A DNA stretch of 64,000 nt, from the IMG/VR virus record IMGVR_UViG_3300049491_000955, positions 18,082-82,081 of that record; one strand, given 5' to 3'. The stretch comes from a virus. Every line of letters starts with the position of its first letter. The stretch's first letter is position 1. A program made the translations under genes and the position numbers. A model generated the notes under the pieces. That model saw nothing but the letters and a program-made list of their open reading frames with translations, did not search any database and was not told the DNA's origin. Below, in pieces: positions 1 to 9,110 of this stretch.

Positions 1-75
1 TAATCAACTACTTGGATTCGCAATGATCTCTGTAGCTATCTCTGCATACCTACTTTGGATGTCTGCACATAAAAA

Positions 76-222
76 ATGAAAAAGTTCAATCTAACCTACA
101 AAGAGTGGCGCTTTATTATTCTTTTAGCTGCCACCCTTTTTCTTATCTTCTTTGTTAATGACGTACTTGCTTTTATTTTTTCTCTAGGATGTATGGTAAT
201 TAATCTCACGGTTGACCAATAA
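76..222 (+). CDS. small membrane protein (48 aa)
   Basis: Read by hand: MKKFNLTYKEWRFIILLAATLFLIFFVNDVLAFIFSLGCMVINLTVDQ; hydrophobic; followed by a terminator. Confidence 0.55.
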   Translation: MKKFNLTYKEWRFIILLAATLFLIFFVNDVLAFIFSLGCMVINLTVDQ

Positions 223-225
223 GCC

Positions 226-256
226 AAAAAGCCTCTGAGTTATTCAGAGGCTTTTT
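226..256. terminator. bidirectional intrinsic terminator
   Basis: aaaaa-gcctctga-gttat-tcagaggc-ttttt between convergent genes. Confidence 0.8.
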
Positions 257-272
257 CTGTCAATCTGTTAGT

Positions 273-818
273 CTAACAACCGACTTGAACGCCAGAAGTC
301 AGTCGATTATTTTGGCGCATCCGCTTCTCCCAACCTGAACTTCCATATTTGAATCGCGCGATCGTCGCTCTAGCTTCATCTAGTTTGAGGCTAGTAACGT
401 TTAAATCGCCTACTAGCTGGACATTCTCTTGCTCTAAATGTTGTATATAAGCGCTTGCACTAGCCAGAGTTGCTTTATCGGTTTTTGCAAAAGCGTAACC
501 CTGGCTTTTCAGCTTTGGGAGCAAATCGCGTTTTAACCAACGTTTAAATTTTTGTGCTGACTCTGACTTTGAAGCAAGAATTAATCCCCATACACCATAC
601 TCAGACACAAACCAAACTGGACTTTTTAGTCCAATGTCAACCAAAGCTCTCTCATCCTCTTCTGTATTGGCAGGAATCGTCAAAGAAGGATTAGAAAATT
701 CTAAAACCTTACAAAGGTGAGAGCCTTGATGCCAGGTCAGTCCTTGTTCATCAACAAAAGATTTTATTTTTGTTTCTGAAAACTGACTCAATACAATTTC
801 TATTTCATTTGAAGTCAT
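273..818 (-). CDS. BRO-N domain antirepressor-like protein
   Basis: W..sHLCKVLEFSN...FVSEYGVWGLILASKSESAQKFKRWL..DLLPKL = BRO-N pattern. Confidence 0.85.
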   Translation of the reverse strand: MTSNEIEIVLSQFSETKIKSFVDEQGLTWHQGSHLCKVLEFSNPSLTIPANTEEDERALVDIGLKSPVWFVSEYGVWGLILASKSESAQKFKRWLKRDLLPKLKSQGYAFAKTDKATLASASAYIQHLEQENVQLVGDLNVTSLKLDEARATIARFKYGSSGWEKRMRQNNRLTSGVQVGC

Positions 819-969
819 TTTTCCCTACTCCGTAGTCCTATGTTTACATAGTATACCATAGGATGTCCTATGTAAACATAGTACTGAGATTTTTTTTAAT
901 TCGTGACAGACTTGTTTGGATTAACAGCCAACTTGAACGCCAGAAGTCAGTCGATTATTTTGGCGCATC
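274..969. repeat. 48-bp direct repeat (274-321 and 922-969) forming the identical C-termini of both BRO genes
   Basis: taacaaccgacttgaacgccagaagtcagtcgattattttggcgcatc vs taacagccaact...; 2 mismatches; both encode MRQNNRLTSGVQVGC. Confidence 0.9.
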
Positions 970-1475
970 GTGCGATCGCCCCTATCCTGCGGTTCGTAAC
1001 GCCGTAATCTGGATCTGAGTCTGTTGCATTCCAACTGCAATCCATTGAAGTCCGATTCCAAGTACATTTTGTCTTCCACCAGATCCTCGCGTTGCTTGCA
1101 CAGCCTCACAACTTCTGCCTGCAACTGTTCAACCGTGGCGTTCGGCATCACGTATACACCACGGCTTCTCAACTTTGGGAGGACTTCCTCTGTCAACCAG
1201 TCTTGAAAATCTACCGCTATTGGAGCTTTAGAACGCAAAAGCAAACGATAAACGCCAGATTCTGACACATAGTTAGACGGTCTTCCTTTACCTAGCTGAA
1301 ATTCTCTGTACTGATGCTGCTTGCAATGTTGCGTTATTGCTTCAAAAGCATTAGAAAATTTCAATACCTTGCAAACTTCTGACGCTCTAAACCAGTACCT
1401 CAAATGATCTGGCTCATTTGGGAGTTCAATAAAAACTATTTTTTTGTTTTCAAACAATTCGGCTAACTGATGCAT
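921..1475 (-). CDS. BRO-N domain antirepressor-like protein
   Basis: WFRASEVCKVLKFSN...YVSESGVYRLLLRSKAPIAVDFQDWLTEEVLPKLR. Confidence 0.9.
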   Translation of the reverse strand: MHQLAELFENKKIVFIELPNEPDHLRYWFRASEVCKVLKFSNAFEAITQHCKQHQYREFQLGKGRPSNYVSESGVYRLLLRSKAPIAVDFQDWLTEEVLPKLRSRGVYVMPNATVEQLQAEVVRLCKQREDLVEDKMYLESDFNGLQLECNRLRSRLRRYEPQDRGDRTMRQNNRLTSGVQVGC

Positions 1476-1781
1476 GATTCTTTTACTAGAAAATCCTATT
1501 TAATAGATACTATAGATTTTTCTATTAAATGTCAAACAGCCAAAGTTTACCGATTTAATGGGTTTAACTCGTTTAGCGATATTTTTCGGTAAAGTCAATA
1601 CTTTGCGCCACAAGTCGCAGAAATGCACTCGCTATCTTTCTAGGCTTCAAAAGCATCGAACTACCTTTTAGCCAACAGACCCACCTTCCTGCCCTTCCTA
1701 GCCATCGACTGGCAGAAGTTTGCCGCTTTCCTGTAAAAGACAATGCCAACTATGCGATCGCCTTTATCCTAATTTCTCCTT

Positions 1782-2161
1782 TGTCACAGTTCTTTTTCAG
1801 GTGTCACAGTACTTTTCTTTTTAAACCTGATTGCCTGTACTTCTTACACAGTAAGTAGTTGAGCGTTAAACATATTGGAAATGTTTGAAGAAGCTTCCGT
1901 TCTGTTGACTTAACTTTGAGCTTTTTAATCAGCTTCTAATCACTTTTTATTTATTTTTCTCTCTACCATCTCTTGTGCATTTTGTCTAGCTTTTTCAAGG
2001 AATTAGCGAGTGTCACAGTGCTTTCCTATAACTTTTATGATTCCAAACGGGCTGGGATGTATGTATAGCAAGGGAGGAACAGTACTTTGGAAAATAAAGT
2101 TTGGGTTCTGTCACACTAGTCCCGTATATAGAATTAACTGCTATACGGGATTACTGTGACA
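1782..2161. promoter_or_regulatory. origin-like non-coding region with TGTCACAGT boxes and a 20-bp inverted repeat
   Basis: tgtcacagt at 1782, 1802, 2011; inverted repeat arms 2109-2128 and 2142-2161 (18/20); lies in a ~950-bp gap. Confidence 0.5.
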
Positions 2162-2430
2162 CCTACAGTTTATTACAGGAATGCGACATTGCTTGGATTT
2201 ATACCAGGAAGGCGTTTCAGGCTTTAACTTTTTTACTGGTTATTTGCTTGATGGACACCGAGAAATACTGTCTAGTCACTGAAAACTCACTGAAAGCGAC
2301 TGAAGTGTACTAGTTTTCTGTACTAGCGTATTACATCCATCTTTCGTAAAATACTACAAAAACTTTTAAATGTCTTTCCTTGACTTTTCATTTATTCTCG
2401 GTTACTATAAAAACAAGGCAAAGAGGTTAG

Positions 2431-2766
2431 ATGATGTACAAAGAGGACAACGAGAGAAATGAAGGTTATTTACCAGGGAACAAGCGAGTTACGGTGCAAT
2501 TACCTCCCCAATTAATAGATGTAGCTAAAAGCTACGCGGGAAACTCTTTAAGCTCTGTTGCAGCAGTGCAAAAAGTTTTAGATGATTTGGCGCAAGCTCG
2601 TTTAATACCTGCTGAAGACTCTAGGGAATCAATTTCACTAGATGTTACAACTCAACGTGAAATTTCAAAAGCTTGTGACAGACATCCTTCTCAATGGCGA
2701 CGTGCAGCTTACGAAGCTATTTGGAAGATAATCGACGCTTCTCAAGTCAAACAAAAATTAAATTAA
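2431..2766 (+). CDS. hypothetical protein, possible ribbon-helix-helix DNA-binding protein
   Basis: 111-aa ORF with gagg RBS; N-terminal KRVTVQLPPQL strand-helix pattern. Confidence 0.6.
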   Translation: MMYKEDNERNEGYLPGNKRVTVQLPPQLIDVAKSYAGNSLSSVAAVQKVLDDLAQARLIPAEDSRESISLDVTTQREISKACDRHPSQWRRAAYEAIWKIIDASQVKQKLN

Positions 2767-2779
2767 TAAAGGCTGACAA

Positions 2780-3436
2780 ATGTATACTTTCAATCGTTCA
2801 CACAATCAAAATCCTAATTACGGAAAAAATGGTTTTATTTACCCAGGACAGCTTGTTTTGAAACAGCAGTTTTCTGGATCTTTACTAGATAAAAGCGGAA
2901 ACCGTTATTTAACTGGTTTTAATCTTTACATAAAAGTTGAAACAGTTGAGAATTGTACAGGAATTGCTGTTAAACCATTTAAAGAAATGGAACCAATTAG
3001 TTTGTTAACTTTAGTTTTCAGTAAACATGAGAACCAATTTTCGGAAAAAGTTATTGTTGTTCCTGACGATTTAGGGTTTGTTGTTGCTTTAAATACTTGT
3101 CGTATGTTTGAAGAACTATTAACAAAAAGTTCTCAGACCAAACAAGACCTATCTCTTGTGTATGATTACATGGAGCTAAATACTATAGATATCAAAGAGG
3201 TTCTTTGTCAAACAGCTAAAGAGAAAAGAGTCTTTCAAACAAAACTTGCCAAGATAAAACAGCACAGGAAAGGCTGCGAGAGTGAAACAGAACCAGGTGT
3301 TTCAATTAGTTCATTGTTGAGTTCAAAAGGATTCAAAAAAGATTTTAATTCTAATGCAAAAACAAAGGAATCAAATAAAGAGACTAGCGGAACAGTTTCT
3401 CTGTCGCAAAGAATAAACCCTGACTACGATTTTTAA
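2780..3436 (+). CDS. hypothetical protein
   Basis: 218-aa ORF in operon context. Confidence 0.65.
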   Translation: MYTFNRSHNQNPNYGKNGFIYPGQLVLKQQFSGSLLDKSGNRYLTGFNLYIKVETVENCTGIAVKPFKEMEPISLLTLVFSKHENQFSEKVIVVPDDLGFVVALNTCRMFEELLTKSSQTKQDLSLVYDYMELNTIDIKEVLCQTAKEKRVFQTKLAKIKQHRKGCESETEPGVSISSLLSSKGFKKDFNSNAKTKESNKETSGTVSLSQRINPDYDF

Positions 3437-3541
3437 CGTTACAATTGCGGCAACACCCTAATGTTATGAGATCAAATCCCAGAAGTACTATTACTTTTGG
3501 GATTTTTCTTGTAAACTGTTTAGGACTTATTCAGAGCGACT

Positions 3542-4156
3542 ATGTTACTAAACGATTTACAGATTGCAGACTTCGCAGAGAAGAAGGGAATGATTACCCC
3601 TTACTATCCCAGTTTGGTATCAGAGGTGGAAGTGCGATCGCACCCAGATATTCCTCCAGCCATCCGAAAAGTTATCAGCTATGGACAGGGGAGCTTTGGA
3701 TATGACTTGCGGTTGTCTTCGTCAGAATTTAAAATATTCCGGCATATCCCAGGGCAGATTGTAAATCCTAAAGAATTTAATCCGGAGATGCTGATGAATG
3801 TGGCTCTCTACTCTGATAGATGGGGAGACTTTTTTATTTTACCAAGCCATACTTATGGACTGGGACTGGCTATAGAAAAGTTTGATATTCCAAGAAATAT
3901 TACCTGTATTTTTCTAACAAAAAGTACATATGCAAGGGCTGGTATAATCTGGAATATTACGCCAGGAGAGGCTGGGTGGCGGGGACATCTGACATTAGAA
4001 GTATCCAACAGCAGTCATTCTGACGTGAGGATATACGCTAACGAGGGAGTAGTGCAGACGTTATTTTTAAAAGGGGAGCCTTGCGCTGTTAGCTATGACG
4101 ATCGCAAGGGTAAGTATCAAGATCAACCGAGTGAGATTGTAACTTCTCGAGTATGA
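3542..4156 (+). CDS. dcd: dCTP deaminase
   Basis: ISYGQGSFGYDLRL, KSTYARAGI, TPGEAGWRGHLTLE, YANEGVVQ, KYQDQ. Confidence 0.93.
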   Translation: MLLNDLQIADFAEKKGMITPYYPSLVSEVEVRSHPDIPPAIRKVISYGQGSFGYDLRLSSSEFKIFRHIPGQIVNPKEFNPEMLMNVALYSDRWGDFFILPSHTYGLGLAIEKFDIPRNITCIFLTKSTYARAGIIWNITPGEAGWRGHLTLEVSNSSHSDVRIYANEGVVQTLFLKGEPCAVSYDDRKGKYQDQPSEIVTSRV

Positions 4157-4461
4157 ATTTAAAATCTCTTTGGGATAACTATTGGAAATTTTGTGATTAT
4201 ATTTGGGGATGGGAAGAAGAAATGGAAACTACTGAGCAAGAATCAAATAACAATGTTGAGCATCCTTCTCATTATAATCAAGGCGACATCGAGTGCATTG
4301 ATGCGATTAAAGCAGCGTTAACGCCCGAAGAATTCGAGGGATTTATCAAAGGAACTGTTATTAAGTATATGTGGCGGGCTAAACATAAAGGACAGATGGA
4401 AGACATGAAGAAAGGATGGTTTTATCTAAACTGGATGTTGAGCTTTTCGGAAAAGAAATAA
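4153..4461 (+). CDS. DUF3310 family protein
   Basis: VEHPSHYNQGDIECIDAI...F.KGTVIKYMWRAKHKG..EDMKKG.FYL. Confidence 0.88.
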   Translation: MNLKSLWDNYWKFCDYIWGWEEEMETTEQESNNNVEHPSHYNQGDIECIDAIKAALTPEEFEGFIKGTVIKYMWRAKHKGQMEDMKKGWFYLNWMLSFSEKK

Positions 4462-4511
4462 AACCATCTTCGATATGTTAAAATGATAGACAGAGACAAT
4501 TAGGGTAGACA

Positions 4512-5240
4512 ATGGATAAGTTATTCCAAGTTAATGTATTAGCTCAGACGCCAAATCCTCAACAAACAATTTACGCTGCTTTGCATCAAGACTATAACTC
4601 AAATTATGTTTGGGATGAATGGCAGAAAGAAGGTTTCCCATCTGAAGAGAAGTGCGGAGAGATTGCAGTAAAAAGATTGCTTGAGGGCGATGCCGGACAC
4701 TGGGGAGCTATAGAACATCCACAAATAATCTTTAGCACTGGTTATTTTCCTCACTCTGCTATGCAGCAGTTACGTACACACAGGAATATCTCCTTCGATG
4801 TTCAATCTTTTCGTTACACTTCTGATAAAGTAATAGCTGTTGCTGAAGATAAACTTGACGTAGAGAAAGTGTTTTATTTGCGACCTGTTGGCGACTATAC
4901 AGACAGACAAGGAGCTAAATATCACTATTCTAGTCAATGGCGAGAAAATGATTTACTCGCTAGGCGGATGGCAGCAAAGGAATACAAATACAATATAAGC
5001 CAAGGGATGAGCGAAGAACATGCTAGAGGTGGCTTGTCTTTCGATTATCGCCAGCATTTTGTCGTCAGTTGTAATGCTCGTGCTTTTCTTCACTTGGCTG
5101 ACTTAAGAGCCAAAAAGAATGCTCAATTAGAATGTCAACAATTTATTGAGCTATGTTGGCCACATTTTGAGAAATGGTGTCCAGCGATCGCAGACTACTA
5201 CAAAAAACATCGTTACGGCAAAGCGAGGTTGGCTCCTTGA
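4512..5240 (+). CDS. thyX: FAD-dependent thymidylate synthase
   Basis: GHWGAIEHP, QLRTHRNISFDVQSFRY, EEHARG, LRAKKNAQLE; cyanobacterial Thy1 style. Confidence 0.93.
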   Translation: MDKLFQVNVLAQTPNPQQTIYAALHQDYNSNYVWDEWQKEGFPSEEKCGEIAVKRLLEGDAGHWGAIEHPQIIFSTGYFPHSAMQQLRTHRNISFDVQSFRYTSDKVIAVAEDKLDVEKVFYLRPVGDYTDRQGAKYHYSSQWRENDLLARRMAAKEYKYNISQGMSEEHARGGLSFDYRQHFVVSCNARAFLHLADLRAKKNAQLECQQFIELCWPHFEKWCPAIADYYKKHRYGKARLAP

Positions 5241-5245
5241 TCAAT

Positions 5246-5527
5246 ATGCAAATTTCTTCTGACTTCTCTCAACTTCTGTCTCAACTTCTTTTAGCTTTAA
5301 GCGTTTTTCTTTTAGCTCTTTTAGCTCACAATATGCGTAGTAGAATTAAAGCTTTAGAAATAGAGCAGAAGAAGCTCAAGAAAAGAGTTTCTAACTTGAT
5401 TCTTGCTACTACTGAAGAAGCTTTAAACTCGTTTAGTGACATTGAAAAAGATTTTGATGACTGGGTAGAATTGCTAAGTCCTCCAAATCAATCTAAAGAT
5501 TCGGCAAAGTCTAGTAAAGAAAGCTAG
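5246..5527 (+). CDS. membrane-anchored coiled-coil protein
   Basis: Likely start MQISSDF; one TM helix then coiled coil. Confidence 0.6.
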   Translation: MQISSDFSQLLSQLLLALSVFLLALLAHNMRSRIKALEIEQKKLKKRVSNLILATTEEALNSFSDIEKDFDDWVELLSPPNQSKDSAKSSKES

Positions 5528-5661
5528 TTTTGAAGCTTTTGATACTATCAATAAAATTTAAACTTGAGTAGTCTTAAGGTAATTTATTTTATACTTTAGT
5601 GACTACTCAAATTATTGTTTTGTGGGCAATCTGGTTAGGTTGTCTTATTCTGTTTGTATTT

Positions 5662-5844
5662 TTACTTTTCGTTTAAATCTTCTTCGTCTTCTGCCTCTGC
5701 TAGTAGAGCAAATTCTTCAATAGGAGGATTTTCTTTAAACATTTCTAATGCATTATCTTGGGTAGTTTGATCGACTTTGGCAAATTGCAGAAGTTCTCCA
5801 ACCGGTTCTAATGCCTCTGAGTCTGGTTTGAAGGTTTTATTCAT
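5662..5844 (-). CDS. small acidic hypothetical protein
   Basis: Likely start MNKTFKPD within ORF 5662..5913. Confidence 0.5.
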   Translation of the reverse strand: MNKTFKPDSEALEPVGELLQFAKVDQTTQDNALEMFKENPPIEEFALLAEAEDEEDLNEK

Positions 5845-5976
5845 AATGCCAGTGTATAGCGAAAAAGTAAAAACCAAAACTATGATAAACGATCGAGTCT
5901 TGGCGATCATCAAATCTTCCTAGGTAGCGATCACGGAAAAGAATAGTAATGCCATCCCATTTAAACTTTTTTCTTT

Positions 5977-6342
5977 TCATTCTTTTTTTACTGTTACAGG
6001 TCTAGTGACTTTTGCGTTTACAAAATCATCAATTACTTTGACTAATATTTTTTGATCAAATTCAAACCATTCGTTTCTTACTTTCCATCTTTCGTATTTC
6101 TTTTTTAGTTGAGCTTCAAACTTTGTTATGTCTTTGCTGTAAACGAAAGTTACTATTTCTATTTCGTAGGCATTCTGACCGCTATTTAGTTGAGCTTGTC
6201 GAAGTCTTGGATGTTTTCTTGTAATTCCAATTTTAAATCTTTTTGTTCCCTTGGCTTGCATAAAGTATACATAACCTTCTTTGGAAAGAATAGTTTTTTT
6301 CTTTTTCACTTCCATACTATTTAGTCTCTGTTTATTTATCAT
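5977..6342 (-). CDS. T5orf172/GIY-YIG family nuclease-domain protein
   Basis: GYVYFM...FKIGIT...R..QLNSG...E..LK..Y.....EWF. Confidence 0.85.
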   Translation of the reverse strand: MINKQRLNSMEVKKKKTILSKEGYVYFMQAKGTKRFKIGITRKHPRLRQAQLNSGQNAYEIEIVTFVYSKDITKFEAQLKKKYERWKVRNEWFEFDQKILVKVIDDFVNAKVTRPVTVKKE

Positions 6343-6381
6343 TCAGAGATATAATGAGAGTATAGTTACTAGCATGTATTT

Positions 6382-6954
6382 ATGTTAACAAGTGGGCATT
6401 TATTTTGTGGTGGAGGTGGGGATACGGAAGGTGCGTTGATAGCAGGATATAAACCATTATGGGGGATAGAAAAGGATAAGTATGCAGCTAGCGTTTACAG
6501 GTATAGATTTGCAAGAGAAAATACAAGAATTATTGAAGAAGATATCAGTAAGTTGTCAGAAAAATTTATTCAATCTTTGCCAGTACCAGACATCATTATT
6601 GGGGGAAGTCCTTGCCAAAACTTTAGCTTGGGAGGGCGTAGAGAAGGACTTAAGGGCAGTCAGTCAAGCCTTTTCTTTGAGTATCTCAGATTCTTACGTA
6701 TCATCCAGCCCAAAATGTTTCTTTTTGAAAACGTTAGCCATCTCATCACTATCAATGATGGCAGCGACTTCAAGCAGATCATCGAATCGTTTGCTTCCGT
6801 GGGGTATGTGGGGAATTGGCAACTTAGAGACGCCGTTAGGCATGTTCCCCAAAACAGAGAAAGATTGTTTTGTGTGGGTATTCACAGCAAATATACAAAT
6901 TACGGAAATGAAATGTTCCAAGCGATCGCTGGAAAAAGTGTTAGTGACGAGTGA
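6382..6954 (+). CDS. C5-cytosine DNA methyltransferase, N-terminal part (motifs I-VIII)
   Basis: LFCGGGG (I), GGSPCQNFS (IV), FENV (VI), PQNRERLF (VIII); stops before motifs IX-X. Confidence 0.88.
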   Translation: MLTSGHLFCGGGGDTEGALIAGYKPLWGIEKDKYAASVYRYRFARENTRIIEEDISKLSEKFIQSLPVPDIIIGGSPCQNFSLGGRREGLKGSQSSLFFEYLRFLRIIQPKMFLFENVSHLITINDGSDFKQIIESFASVGYVGNWQLRDAVRHVPQNRERLFCVGIHSKYTNYGNEMFQAIAGKSVSDE

Positions 6955-7330
6955 CAAAGTATTGAAAGCTGGAGTCGTTCGCATACATGGAAAGAATGAT
7001 GTGAGAACTTACTTCTTCAATGCTCCAACACTGCGAACACTTTCAAATACTGGAGGGCATCAAGCAGGAAGCGGGGCGACAAAAATTAGGGAGTATTTTT
7101 CAGAGACTGAGTACAAAGACAGACCGATGTTGCCTGTTGAATGCGAAGGAATGATGGGTTGGAAAATAAATTCTACAGCAAAGGGCTTGACAGAATGCGG
7201 TAAAGAGACAGATATTAGTAACACTCAAAGACATAAAATGCTAGGAAATGGAATAGTTCCTCAGGAGGTAACAGAAATTCTTTTGAGTTTAAAACCAATT
7301 TTAGAAACTTTGCGGTGGTTCGATGACTAA
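6482..7330 (+). CDS. C5-methyltransferase second polypeptide (TRD, motifs IX-X) in an overlapping frame; start uncertain
   Basis: APTL..., RPMLPVECEGMMGW (IX), QRHKMLGNGIV (X). Confidence 0.75.
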   Translation: MQLAFTGIDLQEKIQELLKKISVSCQKNLFNLCQYQTSLLGEVLAKTLAWEGVEKDLRAVSQAFSLSISDSYVSSSPKCFFLKTLAISSLSMMAATSSRSSNRLLPWGMWGIGNLETPLGMFPKTEKDCFVWVFTANIQITEMKCSKRSLEKVLVTSDKVLKAGVVRIHGKNDVRTYFFNAPTLRTLSNTGGHQAGSGATKIREYFSETEYKDRPMLPVECEGMMGWKINSTAKGLTECGKETDISNTQRHKMLGNGIVPQEVTEILLSLKPILETLRWFDD

Positions 7331-7469
7331 CAAAAAGTGGGCAGTAAAGCGGATTACAATTAATCTAGCAGCAGTTGAATCAAAACTTCTTGAAGATTAT
7401 TGTGTTAAAACAGGTAGACCTGCATCAGATGTGATACGAGAATTGATTAGAGATTTACCAAAACTTTAA
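7323..7469 (+). CDS. CopG/RHH transcriptional regulator (48 aa)
   Basis: Read by hand: MTNKKWAVKRITINLAAVESKLLEDYCVKTGRPASDVIRELIRDLPKL; typical cyanobacterial CopG pattern. Confidence 0.8.
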   Translation: MTNKKWAVKRITINLAAVESKLLEDYCVKTGRPASDVIRELIRDLPKL

Positions 7470-7496
7470 GAGAGCAAAGCCGCTAAATGGCGGCTT

Positions 7497-7757
7497 TTAT
7501 TTTGGAAGTAAATAGTTCATGTTGCATCCTAAAGCTTCGGCGATCGCTTCAATCTCGCTATACTTTATGGAATTGCGTCGTGTTTTGTCATACCAAAGAA
7601 TTTCAATACTTCTTAATACTGCGGCACTTACATTAAGTTTTTTTGCTAAATCTTCCCTAGAAATTCCTGCTTGTTCTCTGGCAACAAAAACATGCAATCC
7701 AATCTTCTCTTCTTCGGTTAGATTTTCGTAAGCATTGGGATTAAATAAAGGTGTCAT
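7497..7757 (-). CDS. XRE-family HTH regulator
   Basis: AREQAGISREDLAKKLNVS....RSIE...IEAIAEALG. Confidence 0.85.
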   Translation of the reverse strand: MTPLFNPNAYENLTEEEKIGLHVFVAREQAGISREDLAKKLNVSAAVLRSIEILWYDKTRRNSIKYSEIEAIAEALGCNMNYLLPK

Positions 7758-7874
7758 TCTTCTTTAATTTCATTTTTACGATTTTCGCATTATTTTAGAG
7801 TTTTCGCAATATATTACGTTGAGCGCAAAACAAATAATTCAAATTAAGACTTAAAAACATCGACATGTTAACGT

Positions 7875-9074
7875 GTGAATGTATTAAGTGTTTGTGCTAT
7901 GTCTAAGCTTTTGTCCTCCAGCCAAAAAGACAATGATCAGCTAAGTTTTTTAACTCGTTTTTTGCCAGCAAATGAATTACTGGTGAATAAAGAGAAGAGA
8001 GAAGTTAGTTTTTCTTTTTCGTCTAGACGCCCTGTTGAACGGTGGATGTGGTCAGATGAATTGCCAGAAGGAGCGAGCAGTATCTTTGACGAAATTCTTT
8101 CTCATGACTCTAAATCTTGGGATGTAGAAAGAGTCAAAAACGGTGTCTGTCCTTTTCTCAAAAACCACAATCGGAATGACAAATTAGGACAGGTAAAAAC
8201 TGTCTCTTTTGATGGGGAGAAAGGGGTCGCAACCGTGAAGCTTCGTCAGACTAAAGAGGCTGACCAACTTCTATTGGACATAGAGGATGGAATTGCTGGT
8301 GGAATTAGCTTTGGATATATAGCGAAAGAATACAAGGTATTGTCTCCAGCGGAATACCAAGAAGATAAATACGGTTATCCTATTTTAAAGAAGAAAGCCG
8401 TTCTAGAAGCGATGCAAATCACCTTGCTAGAAGTATCTGCTGAGGAAATTCCCGCAGATCCTAGCGTAGGATTTGGCAAAGTAGAAAACTCAAAAGTACT
8501 TCTAAGATCAATTGAGCTTAACGGTGATCCAAATTTTATTGTAAAAGGGAACGAGATAAAGGTGAATGAACTAGAAAAAGCTTTAGCTGATTTGGCGCAC
8601 TCTAATCAAAAAATTGATAGTTTAACTATTGAACATACTCGCGCAACTAATCAGGTAAATGAATTGACTCGCCAGCTCGGAGAGAAAGATGCAAAACTTT
8701 CTGAGCAAGCTGCACAGCTAGCAACTTATCAAAAAAGAGATTTGATAACAACTAAGTATTATAGTTTGCGCTCTAAGGCAGAAGAGTTAAATTCTTCCGC
8801 CAAGCTGTCTAAGGCTGAATTCGATGAATTGTTTACGGAGTCTCCATCCGCAGACATAGAGATTCACTTGAAGTCTGAAGAAGACAAGCTGGGATACATT
8901 TCGTTTCACTTAGGATTGCTTGAAAAAAGAACTCCTTTATTAAATACTCAAGCTTCTTTGGCAAAAGAGCCAATAAAAACAGAGAGACAAAACATGCCAG
9001 AGAGGGCGACAGAAGATGATGACGAGAAAGCACAAAGGCTTTTTAACTTAGCTCGTTCTCAACCCATAAGCTAA
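7875..9074 (+). CDS. prohead protease with C-terminal scaffold
   Basis: SFSS..PVER, FLKNHN, GISFGY, LLEVS..IPADPSVG (HK97-type protease) plus coiled-coil C-terminus. Confidence 0.85.
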   Translation: MNVLSVCAMSKLLSSSQKDNDQLSFLTRFLPANELLVNKEKREVSFSFSSRRPVERWMWSDELPEGASSIFDEILSHDSKSWDVERVKNGVCPFLKNHNRNDKLGQVKTVSFDGEKGVATVKLRQTKEADQLLLDIEDGIAGGISFGYIAKEYKVLSPAEYQEDKYGYPILKKKAVLEAMQITLLEVSAEEIPADPSVGFGKVENSKVLLRSIELNGDPNFIVKGNEIKVNELEKALADLAHSNQKIDSLTIEHTRATNQVNELTRQLGEKDAKLSEQAAQLATYQKRDLITTKYYSLRSKAEELNSSAKLSKAEFDELFTESPSADIEIHLKSEEDKLGYISFHLGLLEKRTPLLNTQASLAKEPIKTERQNMPERATEDDDEKAQRLFNLARSQPIS

Positions 9075-9110
9075 GTAACTAAAAACATTTTTAAGGAGAG
9101 TATTTGGAAA

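Noticed and set aside
2101-2313. 70-aa ORF
   Set aside because: TTG start without RBS; overlies the inverted repeat and TGTCAC boxes, so more likely non-coding
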